Source: Candidatus Eiseniibacteriota bacterium
GTDB taxonomy: Bacteria > Eisenbacteria > RBG-16-71-46
Direction of reading: 5' to 3'
Length of the DNA: 64,000 nt
NCBI GenBank assembly: GCA_963707915.1
Contig: OY970178.1
Coordinates: forward strand, 2,848,001-2,912,000
Below are positions 54,574 through 62,774 of this stretch, one piece after another (within the stretch, counting starts at the first letter, position 1; the number at the start of each line of letters is the position of its first letter). The position numbers and the translations under genes were made by a program. Below the pieces are notes generated by a model, which was not told the origin of the DNA, did not search any database, and was given only the letters and a program-made list of their open reading frames with translations.

Positions 54574-56496
54574 GTGGCGCAGGCGAAGGAACGAAGCAGC
54601 ACCATCGGGACGGTGAAGCGCACCCTGGCGCTCGGCCGCGGCCAGGGCCGCGGCTTCCTGACGGTCGCCCTGCTGGTCTCGCTGGGCACCGCGGCGAGCC
54701 TGTTCGAGCCCTGGATCTACCGCGCCATCGTGGACGACGTCGCCGGCGTCTTCGTGACCCCGGGACCGGTGGTCAAGGCCGAGCACGCGCTGCAGGAGCT
54801 GGGGGCCGCGTTCCGGCACGTGCCGCACAGCAGCGCGCGGATCTTCAGGGCCCCGCTGCGCAAGATGCGCGCCGAGGAGACCGGGCGGCGGGCGCTGCCG
54901 GCGCGCTCGCCGCACCAGGCGATGGCGACGGTGTTCATCGGCGCCGTGCTGCTGCTGGTCACGCGGCTGCTCTCGGAGCTGTTCCGCTACCACGGCGACA
55001 ATCGCTCGACCACGCTCGCCAGCCGGATCGAGCGGGACTTCATCCTGCGCACGTTCCGCCACGTGCTGCGCCTGCCGCTCGACTTCTTCGGCCGGCGCGC
55101 GAGCGGCGCGGTGGCGCGGCAGATCGACCAGTCGGACCACGTCGCGCCGGTGTTCACGGCGTTCGCCCAGGAGGTCTGGCCCGACGTGTTCACGCTGCTC
55201 GCCATCCTGGCCATCATCACCAGCCTGAACGCCGCCCTGGCGCTCATCACCTTCATCGCCGTGCCGGTGTACGCCCTGGTCACCTGGCAGATGACGCGCC
55301 GCCTCGAGACCCGGCTCGAGGAGTACTACTCGCTGTGGGACGACGTCTCGAGCCGCATCCAGCAGGCCGTCGCCGGGATCAAGACGGTGCTCACCCACGG
55401 CGCCGCCGAGCACGAGGCGAAGGCGCTCGAGGAGGTGAGCGGGCGCGCGTTCGACACCTACGTCGCGCGCAACCGCCTGCAGAACCGCTACGCGTTCGCG
55501 CAGGAGGCGATCGTCACCGTCTCGAAGGCCGCCGCGCTGCTGCTGGGCGGCATCAAGGCCCTCCAGCACCAGCTCACGCCGGGCGACGTGGTGCTCTTCC
55601 TGGCCTACCTCGACCAGGTCTACTCGCCGATCGGCAGCCTGACCGAGCTCTACACCTCGCTGCAGGAGCACGCCAGCTCGATGCGGCGCGCCCACCGGCT
55701 GCTCGACGAGCCCGCGGCGCCGGGCGAGGACCGGCCGCCGCTCGCGGCGGGCGGTGGCGCCATCGAGTTCGCCGGCGTGCGCTTCGGCTACCGCCCGCAG
55801 CGCCCGGTGCTCGACGACGTGACCTTCCGCGTGAAGCCGGGCGAGCGCGTGGGCCTGGTCGGCCCCTCGGGCGCCGGCAAGACCACGCTCACCGACCTGC
55901 TGATCGGGCTCTACCAGCCGCAGGCCGGGGCCATCCTGGTGGACGGGCAGCGCGTCACGGACGTCGCGCCCTCGTCGCTGCGCGGAGCGATCCGCGGCGT
56001 GGCGGCCGACGGGATGCTGTTCCGCATGACCATCGCCGAGAACATCCGCTACGGCCGCTTCGAAGCCACCGACGCCGAGGTCGTGGACACGGCCCGCCTG
56101 GCCGGACTGGCGCCGCTGCTCGAACGCCTGCCCGAGGGCCTCGCGACCCCGATCGGCGAACGGGGGGTGGAGCTCTCGATGGGCGAGCGGCAGCGCGTCC
56201 TGCTGGCGCGTGCGTTCATCGGGCGCCCGCTGATCCTGCTGCTGGACGAGGCCACCGCGAACCTCGACTTCAAGACGGAGGCGGCGGTGAAGGAGGCCAT
56301 CGACGTCATCTCGCAGGGTCGCACCACGCTGGTGGTCGCCCACCGGCGCTCGATGCTGAGCGACGTGGACCGCATCCTGGTCCTGCGCGGGGGACGCGTC
56401 GAGCAGGACGGCAGCCCGGCGGAGCTGATGGGTGTGGACGGCTACTACCGCCAGATGATGACCGCCGAGGACCGGGGGGCGAAGGGGACGGACTGA
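54574..56496 (+). CDS. ABC exporter, fused TMD-NBD (type IV)
   Basis: Transmembrane domain, then GPSGAGKTT, LSMGERQR, LLLDEAT and AHR. Confidence 0.9.
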   Translation: MAQAKERSSTIGTVKRTLALGRGQGRGFLTVALLVSLGTAASLFEPWIYRAIVDDVAGVFVTPGPVVKAEHALQELGAAFRHVPHSSARIFRAPLRKMRAEETGRRALPARSPHQAMATVFIGAVLLLVTRLLSELFRYHGDNRSTTLASRIERDFILRTFRHVLRLPLDFFGRRASGAVARQIDQSDHVAPVFTAFAQEVWPDVFTLLAILAIITSLNAALALITFIAVPVYALVTWQMTRRLETRLEEYYSLWDDVSSRIQQAVAGIKTVLTHGAAEHEAKALEEVSGRAFDTYVARNRLQNRYAFAQEAIVTVSKAAALLLGGIKALQHQLTPGDVVLFLAYLDQVYSPIGSLTELYTSLQEHASSMRRAHRLLDEPAAPGEDRPPLAAGGGAIEFAGVRFGYRPQRPVLDDVTFRVKPGERVGLVGPSGAGKTTLTDLLIGLYQPQAGAILVDGQRVTDVAPSSLRGAIRGVAADGMLFRMTIAENIRYGRFEATDAEVVDTARLAGLAPLLERLPEGLATPIGERGVELSMGERQRVLLARAFIGRPLILLLDEATANLDFKTEAAVKEAIDVISQGRTTLVVAHRRSMLSDVDRILVLRGGRVEQDGSPAELMGVDGYYRQMMTAEDRGAKGTD

Positions 56497-56575
56497 GGCA
56501 CGCGGCCGCTTCCGCCGTGGAACGCGGTCGGGAACGGCTGCACGATCCCCGCCCCGGACGGCGGCCGGTCCGGCC

Positions 56576-57628
56576 TCAACCCCGCTTCAGGCTCGCCAGG
56601 TCGATCACGAAGCGGTAGCGCACGTCGCCCTTCACCACCCGCGGGTAGGCCTCGTTGACGCGCTCGATCGGGATGACCTCGACGTCCGAGACCACGCCGT
56701 GCCGGCCGCAGAAGTCGAGCATCTCCTGGGTCTCGGCGATGCCGCCGATGAGCGAGCCCGCGAGGCGCCGGGCGCCGCTGATGAGCGAGAAGGCGTGCAG
56801 CGCGGTGGGCTCGGGCGGCACGCCGACCACGGCCATCGCGCCGTAGGGCCGCAGCAGCCGCAGCAGCGCGTTGTAGTCGTGCGGCGCGGAGACCGTGTCC
56901 ACGATCAGGTCCACGCGGCCGGCCAGCCGCCTGGCCGCCGCCTCGTCGCCGTGCAGCTCGAAGCCCGTGGCCCCGAGCCGCGCGGCGTCGGCCTGCTTGG
57001 CCCGCGAGGTGCTCAGCACGGTGACCTCCGCGCCCATCGCGGCGGCCAGCTTCACCGCCATGTGGCCCAGCCCGCCGAGGCCGGAGACCACGACGCGGTC
57101 GCCGGGTTTGCAGCCCCACTGGCGCAGCGGCGAGTAGGTGGTGATGCCGGCGCAGAGCAGGGGCGCGGCGGCCGCGGGGTCGAGGCCGTCCGGCACGCGC
57201 AGCACGAAGCGCTCGGCGACCACCACGTGGGTCGAGTAGCCGCCGTAGGTCGGGGTGCGCCGGTCCATCTCGGTGCTGTTGTAGGTGTACGCCGCGCCGC
57301 GCTCGCAGAACTGCTCGGTGTCGTGACGGCACGGTCCGCACTCCCGGCAGGAGTCGACCATGCAGCCCACGCCCACCAGGTCGCCGACCGCGAAGCGCGT
57401 CACCCGCGGGCCCACCGCGCTCACCCGCCCGACGATCTCGTGGCCGGGGACCATGGGGAAGACCTCGCCGCCCCACTCCCCGCGCGCCTGGTGGATGTCG
57501 GAGTGGCAGATGCCGCAGAACAGCACGTCGATGGCGACGTCGAGCGGGCCCGGCGCTCGGCGCTCCACGGCGAAGGGGGCGAGCGGGCTTCCGGTGGTGA
57601 GGGCCGCGTAGGCGGCGGCGTGTGGCAT
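56576..57628 (-). CDS. Zn-dependent NAD(P) alcohol dehydrogenase (CAD/YahK-like)
   Basis: CGICHSD, GHE, structural Zn C..C..C...C, GLGGLGH and RYRFVID motifs. Confidence 0.93.
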   Translation of the reverse strand: MPHAAAYAALTTGSPLAPFAVERRAPGPLDVAIDVLFCGICHSDIHQARGEWGGEVFPMVPGHEIVGRVSAVGPRVTRFAVGDLVGVGCMVDSCRECGPCRHDTEQFCERGAAYTYNSTEMDRRTPTYGGYSTHVVVAERFVLRVPDGLDPAAAAPLLCAGITTYSPLRQWGCKPGDRVVVSGLGGLGHMAVKLAAAMGAEVTVLSTSRAKQADAARLGATGFELHGDEAAARRLAGRVDLIVDTVSAPHDYNALLRLLRPYGAMAVVGVPPEPTALHAFSLISGARRLAGSLIGGIAETQEMLDFCGRHGVVSDVEVIPIERVNEAYPRVVKGDVRYRFVIDLASLKRG

Positions 57629-57783
57629 GGTCGGCTCCTGGGTCGGGGGCGTGGCGTCCTGCACGGCGGGCCGAAACTCGCGTCGCCGCAGCATATGCGT
57701 TCGGCGCGATCCTCGCACGCGCGGGGGAGCCCGCGGGGCGGCCCGGCCCGGCCCCCGGGCGACGGGCGCGGGGGCGTTCCCGA

Positions 57784-57792
57784 TGGTATGCT
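57784..57792 (+). promoter_or_regulatory. Putative extended -10 promoter (TGGTATGCT) for the arcE-like operon
   Basis: TGnTATGCT about 140 nt upstream of ATG 57933. Confidence 0.4.
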
Positions 57793-57932
57793 TTCCGCTG
57801 CTTTGCCCCCTCAGGACAACTGCATCAGGACTCGCTTCTACACTCGCGTGCAGGGGTATTCCCCGGGCGATCACGGCGGAGGCCGGGATCGGGCCTGCGG
57901 TCGGAAGGCGCGCCTAACCGAGAGGTTGCGTC

Positions 57933-59285
57933 ATGGGTGATTCCAGCAAGACCCGCGTCATCATCATGGGAGCCGCCGGCCGGGACTTCCACAATTTCAA
58001 CGTCTACTGGAAGCAGCGTACGGACGTGGAAGTCGTGTGCTTCACCGCGGCGCAGATCCCCGACATCGCCGGCCGCGTCTACCCGCCGGTGCTGGCCGGC
58101 CCGCGGTACCCGCAGGGCATCCCGATCCACGCCGAGGACCAACTCGACGACCTGATCCGCGAGCACCGCGTCGACCTGGTGACCTTCTCCTACTCCGACG
58201 TGTCGCACGAGAATCTCATGCACCAGGCCTGCCGGGTGAACGCGGCGGGGGCGCAGTTCTCGCTGCTGGGCGCCGCCCAGACCATGATCGAGAGCACCCG
58301 GCCGGTCATCGCGGTGGGCGCCGTGCGCACCGGCTGCGGCAAGAGCCAGACCTCTCGACGTGTCGCCGAGATCCTCAAGGGCATGGGCAAGAAGGTGGCG
58401 GTGGTGCGGCACCCGATGCCCTACGGCGACCTCGCCCGGCAGGCGGTGCAGTGTTTCGCCAGCGTCGCCGACATGGACGCGGCCGAGTGCACCATCGAGG
58501 AGCGCGAGGAGTACGAGCCGCACACCGCGATGGGCAACCTGGTCTTCGCGGGGGTGGACTACGAGGCCATCCTGCGCCGCGCCGAGCAGGAGGCCGACGT
58601 GATCCTGTGGGACGGCGGCAACAACGACACGCCGTTCTACCGCCCCGACCTCAACATCGTGGTGGCCGACCCGCACCGCCCCGGCCACGAGCTGCGGTAC
58701 TACCCGGGCGAGACCAACGTGCGCATGGCCGACATCGTCGTGATCAACAAGGTGGACACCGCGGACCCGGAGGCCATCCAGACGGTCGAGGCGAACGTGC
58801 GCGCGCTGAATCCGAAGGCGATCGTCCTGCGGGCCAACTCCCCGGTCACGGTGGAACAGCCCGAGTCGGTCAAGGGCAAGCGCGTGCTGGTGATCGAGGA
58901 CGGGCCGACGCTCACCCACGGCGAGATGCGTTACGGCGCCGGCCTGGTCGCCGCGCACAAGCTGCAGGCCGGCGAGATCGTGGACCCGCGGCCGTACGCG
59001 CAGGGCTCCATCCGGCAGGTGTTCGAGAAGTACTCGCACCTCACCCAGATCCTGCCGGCCATGGGCTACGGCGAGCGGCAGATCGCCGAGCTCTCGGCCA
59101 CCATCGCCGCGGTCCCGTGCGACCTGGTGCTGATCGCCACGCCCATCGACCTGCGGCACGTCCTCACCATCGACAAGCCCTCGACGCGCGTGATGTACGA
59201 GCTCGAGGAACACGACCGGACCGTCCTGCCGCGCGCCATCGCGAAGGTCCTGGCGGTGCAGAAGGGAGCCACGCCCCATGCCTAA
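57933..59285 (+). CDS. arcE: ArcE-like arginine synthetase / cyclic 2,3-diphosphoglycerate synthetase-like P-loop protein (COG2403)
   Basis: IMGAAGRDFHNFN, AVRTGCGKS P-loop, RHPMPYG, TIEEREEYE, WDGGNND, EDGPTLTHG and PAMGY motifs; overlaps the OTC gene. Confidence 0.75.
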   Translation: MGDSSKTRVIIMGAAGRDFHNFNVYWKQRTDVEVVCFTAAQIPDIAGRVYPPVLAGPRYPQGIPIHAEDQLDDLIREHRVDLVTFSYSDVSHENLMHQACRVNAAGAQFSLLGAAQTMIESTRPVIAVGAVRTGCGKSQTSRRVAEILKGMGKKVAVVRHPMPYGDLARQAVQCFASVADMDAAECTIEEREEYEPHTAMGNLVFAGVDYEAILRRAEQEADVILWDGGNNDTPFYRPDLNIVVADPHRPGHELRYYPGETNVRMADIVVINKVDTADPEAIQTVEANVRALNPKAIVLRANSPVTVEQPESVKGKRVLVIEDGPTLTHGEMRYGAGLVAAHKLQAGEIVDPRPYAQGSIRQVFEKYSHLTQILPAMGYGERQIAELSATIAAVPCDLVLIATPIDLRHVLTIDKPSTRVMYELEEHDRTVLPRAIAKVLAVQKGATPHA

Positions 59286-60204
59286 CCCGAGCTATCTCTC
59301 GGTCAAGGACCTCACGGCGGCCCGGACGCTGGAGGTCCTGGAGCTCGCCGCCCGTCTCAAGCGGGAGGTCAAGGCCGGCATTCCGCACCCGCGGCTCGCC
59401 GGCAAGACCCTGGCGATGATCTTCCAGAAGCCCTCGCTGCGGACGCGCGTCTCGTTCGAGGTCGGGATGACGCAGCTCGGGGGGCACGCCATCTACCTCG
59501 GGCCCTCCGACATCAAGCTGGGCGAGCGCGAGACGGTGGAGGACATCGCCCTGACGATCTCGCGCATGTGCGACGTGATCATGGCGCGCGTGTTCGGGCA
59601 CGACAGCGTGGCGGGGCTGGCCCGGCACGCCACGGTGCCGGTCATCAACGCGCTCTCGGACCGCGAGCACCCGTGCCAGATCCTCGCCGACCTGCAGACC
59701 ATCCAGGAGCGCAAGGGCCGCTTCGAGGGGATCAAGGCCGTGTTCGTGGGGGACGGCAACAACGTGGCCCAGTCGTTCCTCTACGGCGGCGCCCTGCTGG
59801 GGATGAGCGTCACGGTGGCCTGCCCGGCGGGCTACGAGCCGCTGGCGGAGATCGTGGCGGACGCGAAGGCCATGGGGGCGCGGACCGGGGCGGCGATCGC
59901 CGTCTCGAACGACCTGGCGGGCGCCTGCCGCGGCGCCGACGTGCTCTACACCGACGTCTGGGCCAGCATGGGACAGGAGGCGGAGGCCGCGAAGCGGAAG
60001 CACGACTTCAGCGGCTGGCAGATCGACGCCGCGCTCCTGGCGGTGGCGAAGCCCGACGCGACCATCCTGCATTGTCTCCCCGCGCACTACGGCGAGGAGA
60101 TCGACTACGCCGCCTCGCGCACGGCCCACTCGGCCATCTTCGACCAGGCCGAGAACCGGCTGCACGCGCAGAAGGCGCTGATGCTGTACCTGATGGGTGC
60201 CTGA
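59278..60204 (+). CDS. argF: Ornithine carbamoyltransferase
   Basis: KPSLRTR carbamoyl-phosphate site, HPCQ, GDGNN, DVWASMG, HCLP and AENRLH motifs. Confidence 0.92.
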   Translation: MPNPSYLSVKDLTAARTLEVLELAARLKREVKAGIPHPRLAGKTLAMIFQKPSLRTRVSFEVGMTQLGGHAIYLGPSDIKLGERETVEDIALTISRMCDVIMARVFGHDSVAGLARHATVPVINALSDREHPCQILADLQTIQERKGRFEGIKAVFVGDGNNVAQSFLYGGALLGMSVTVACPAGYEPLAEIVADAKAMGARTGAAIAVSNDLAGACRGADVLYTDVWASMGQEAEAAKRKHDFSGWQIDAALLAVAKPDATILHCLPAHYGEEIDYAASRTAHSAIFDQAENRLHAQKALMLYLMGA

Positions 60205-60226
60205 GGCCGGGGCGAAGGAGGCAGCC

Positions 60227-61081
60227 ATGAATGATCGGACGGGACCGGACGGGACGGCGGCGACGCTGCGCGGCGTCGCGGCGATCGTGATCGTGGGCGT
60301 GGCGCTGGGCCTGGCGTTCAACGCGCTGGGCCTGGCGAGCAAGCCGCCGCGCGGGCTGTCGTGGATCACGCAGCCGGAGAGGATGCCGAGCCTCGAGGAG
60401 CTGCAGCCCGGCTCCCTGCTGGCGCCGCCGCCCGCGGCCCGGCCGCCGTCGGCGCCCGGGCTCTCGCTGGTGGGGACCGCCTGGGCGGGCGGGGTCGCGC
60501 CGCCCGCCGCCGCGCGCGACACGGTCCGCGCCGCGCCGGGCAAGCCGGCCGGGTCCGTGGCGAAGAAGCCGGCGGCGAGGAAGGCGCCGGCGCGGAGGGT
60601 CCCCGTCACGGCGGTGAAGAAGCCGGTGCCGGTGCCGGCGTCCGTGACGAAGGTCCCTGCGACGGTGCCCGGCGCCGTCGTCGCGCCGGTCGTGACGAAG
60701 GCGGACCTGCCGGTGGTCCCGGACCTGGACCAGCCAATCGAAGTGAAGCTCGCGAACGTGAAGAAGTTCTTCGACGCCGGCGCGGCGGTCTTCGTGGATG
60801 CGCGCGAGGCCCCGGAGTACGCCGAGGGGCACATCGCCGGCGCCCTGAGCGTGCCCTTCGACGACGCGGTGAGGAACCCGGCCCTGCTCGAGCCGTTCAA
60901 GCGGGCGGGCAAGCCGCTCATCCTCTACTGCAGCGGCGGCGACTGCGAGCTCTCGAAGGACCTGGCCAGGAACATGCTGGCGGACGGCATCCGCAAGGTG
61001 CTGGTCTTCACCGACGGCATGCCCGCCTGGAAGGCGGCCGGCTACCCGACGGAGACGGGGCCGGCGAAGGTGGCGCGGTGA
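60227..61081 (+). CDS. Membrane-anchored rhodanese-domain protein
   Basis: N-terminal TM, Pro/Lys/Ala linker, VDAR...YAEGHIAGA, YCSGGDC and GMPAW motifs. Confidence 0.85.
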   Translation: MNDRTGPDGTAATLRGVAAIVIVGVALGLAFNALGLASKPPRGLSWITQPERMPSLEELQPGSLLAPPPAARPPSAPGLSLVGTAWAGGVAPPAAARDTVRAAPGKPAGSVAKKPAARKAPARRVPVTAVKKPVPVPASVTKVPATVPGAVVAPVVTKADLPVVPDLDQPIEVKLANVKKFFDAGAAVFVDAREAPEYAEGHIAGALSVPFDDAVRNPALLEPFKRAGKPLILYCSGGDCELSKDLARNMLADGIRKVLVFTDGMPAWKAAGYPTETGPAKVAR

Positions 61082-61497
61082 GCGGCGTGCTGACCGGCAC
61101 CCCGGTGCGCCGCGGCGCGCAGATCGTGCTGGGGGCGCTGTTCCTGGTGGCGGCGCTCGCCAAGATCGTGGACGTCGCGAGCCTGGCGCGGGAGGTCCAC
61201 AACTTCCGCATCGTGCCGTTCTGGTCCGAGCACCTGGTGGCGATGACCCTGCCGTGGGTCGAGTTGGTGGCCGGTCTCGCGCTGGTGCTGGGCATCCGGC
61301 CCCGCGCGGGCGCCTGGGTGGCCGGGGTGCTGCTCGCGGGCTTCACGGTCGGCGTCGCCCTGGCCATGGCGCGCGGCCTCAACTTCCACTGCGGATGCTT
61401 CGGCACCGCGGACGCCACGCGTATCGGCTGGTCCAAGCTGGGCGAGAACCTCGGGATGCTCGCGCTGGCGGTGGTGGGGTCGCTCGGGCGGAAGTAG
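61078..61497 (+). CDS. DoxX/MauE-family membrane protein
   Basis: LFLVAALAKI, LPWVEL and CGCFG motifs; GTGA overlap with the rhodanese gene. Confidence 0.85.
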   Translation: MSGVLTGTPVRRGAQIVLGALFLVAALAKIVDVASLAREVHNFRIVPFWSEHLVAMTLPWVELVAGLALVLGIRPRAGAWVAGVLLAGFTVGVALAMARGLNFHCGCFGTADATRIGWSKLGENLGMLALAVVGSLGRK

Positions 61498-61632
61498 CCG
61501 GGGGGGCTGGTCGGCGCGGGGCCTGGTTGGCGTAGGGGCCGGGACGCCGGGGGGCGAGCGCATGGTGCCTCTGCTCGCCCACCGGCGTCCCGGCCCCCGC
61601 GCGATTGCCTCCGAGCGTCCGGGCCCGGCCTG

Positions 61633-62631
61633 TCAGTACGTCTTCGCGCCCGCCTTCACCACCCGGGCCAGAGCCCCCGCCAGCCCCTCGTGCAGCGCCT
61701 TGACCTCCTCGGGCTGCCAGTCCTTGCGGTCCTTGCGCACGAACGTGGTCTTGTCGACGCGGTTGTCGAAGCGGCCCACCGGCAGGTACCAGGAGCGGCC
61801 GTGGGCCTCGATCTTCACCGTGTCGGGGCGGTCCGAGTGCTGGAGCAACCACTCCATGTCGTCGCAGCCGTAGTCGCCGAGCATCACCGCCATCGGCACG
61901 CCGTGGTGCAGGATCGAGCCCGGGTCGTTGGGGTCGGTGCGTTCGATGTTCTTGCGGCGCGACTCCTCCGGCGCGACCCAGACGTAGAGCACCGAGGCGC
62001 GCGCGAGGATCTCCTCGGAGAGCACGGCGAACGAGTACCGGTAGCCGAGCGGCGCCGGCAGGGGCATCGCGGACTTGTCCGGGCCGCCGCGCGCGAACTC
62101 GATCACCACGGTGCGGCCCTGGAGCGAGTCGGGGATGCCGGCGTTCTTCTCGCGCAGCAACTCGGCGCACTCGGCTTCGAGCGCCTCGACCAGCTCGCCG
62201 CGCACGGCGGGATCGAGCTGGCCGAGCGCCGGACGCGCGCCGACCTTGCGGCGCGCGGCGTCGAAGCGGTCCAGCAGCCACTCGGCGGCCGGGCACCCGC
62301 TGGAGGCGGGGCGCGGGGCCGGGCGGTGCCGCTGGACGAGGTCGTCGAAGTCCTCGTTCAGCAGCTCCATCAGCGTCCCCCAGTCGCGCTGCTCCTTCAT
62401 CGGCAGCTCGTCGGAGTCGAAGAACAGCCCGTCCTGGCCGCGCTTGCGCAGCTCCTGGCTGATGCGCCGCATCATGTGGACGTAGGGGTAGTCGTCGAGC
62501 TGGACGGTGGGTCCCACGTGCATCTCGTCGCGACACTGCTCGGGGGTGAGGCCCGCGAGGTAGCGACGGACTTCCGACTTGCCCGAGGCGGGCAGGGCCG
62601 TGAGCAGCAGGACGTCGATCAGGCTGGACAT
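61633..62631 (-). CDS. Uncharacterised P-loop NTPase/kinase-like protein
   Basis: N-terminal beta strand plus Walker-A-like LLLTALPASGKSE; QLDDYPY; VVIEFARG; LYVWV.PEESRRKN lid-like motif. Confidence 0.7.
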   Translation of the reverse strand: MSSLIDVLLLTALPASGKSEVRRYLAGLTPEQCRDEMHVGPTVQLDDYPYVHMMRRISQELRKRGQDGLFFDSDELPMKEQRDWGTLMELLNEDFDDLVQRHRPAPRPASSGCPAAEWLLDRFDAARRKVGARPALGQLDPAVRGELVEALEAECAELLREKNAGIPDSLQGRTVVIEFARGGPDKSAMPLPAPLGYRYSFAVLSEEILARASVLYVWVAPEESRRKNIERTDPNDPGSILHHGVPMAVMLGDYGCDDMEWLLQHSDRPDTVKIEAHGRSWYLPVGRFDNRVDKTTFVRKDRKDWQPEEVKALHEGLAGALARVVKAGAKTY

Positions 62632-62684
62632 GAGCGGACTCGCTGGGTGGAAGTTGTGAAGGATGCCGCTTCGAGGGTCGCGGG

Positions 62685-62713
62685 AATATAGCCGGGGCCT
62701 CGCCGGTTGACAA
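62685..62713 (-). promoter_or_regulatory. Sigma70-type promoter of the P-loop gene
   Basis: TTGTCA (62713-62708), 17 nt, TATATT (62690-62685). Confidence 0.6.
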
Positions 62714-62774
62714 TCGGCGGGGCCCGCGGAGCCCCGGGTGGCGGAGCGCGAATCGCGCGGGATACACTGCCCGC

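Noticed and set aside
59278..60204. N-acetyl/N-succinyl-ornithine transcarbamylase because of the SLRT motif
   Set aside because: The DxxxSMG loop and HCLP of canonical OTC are intact.
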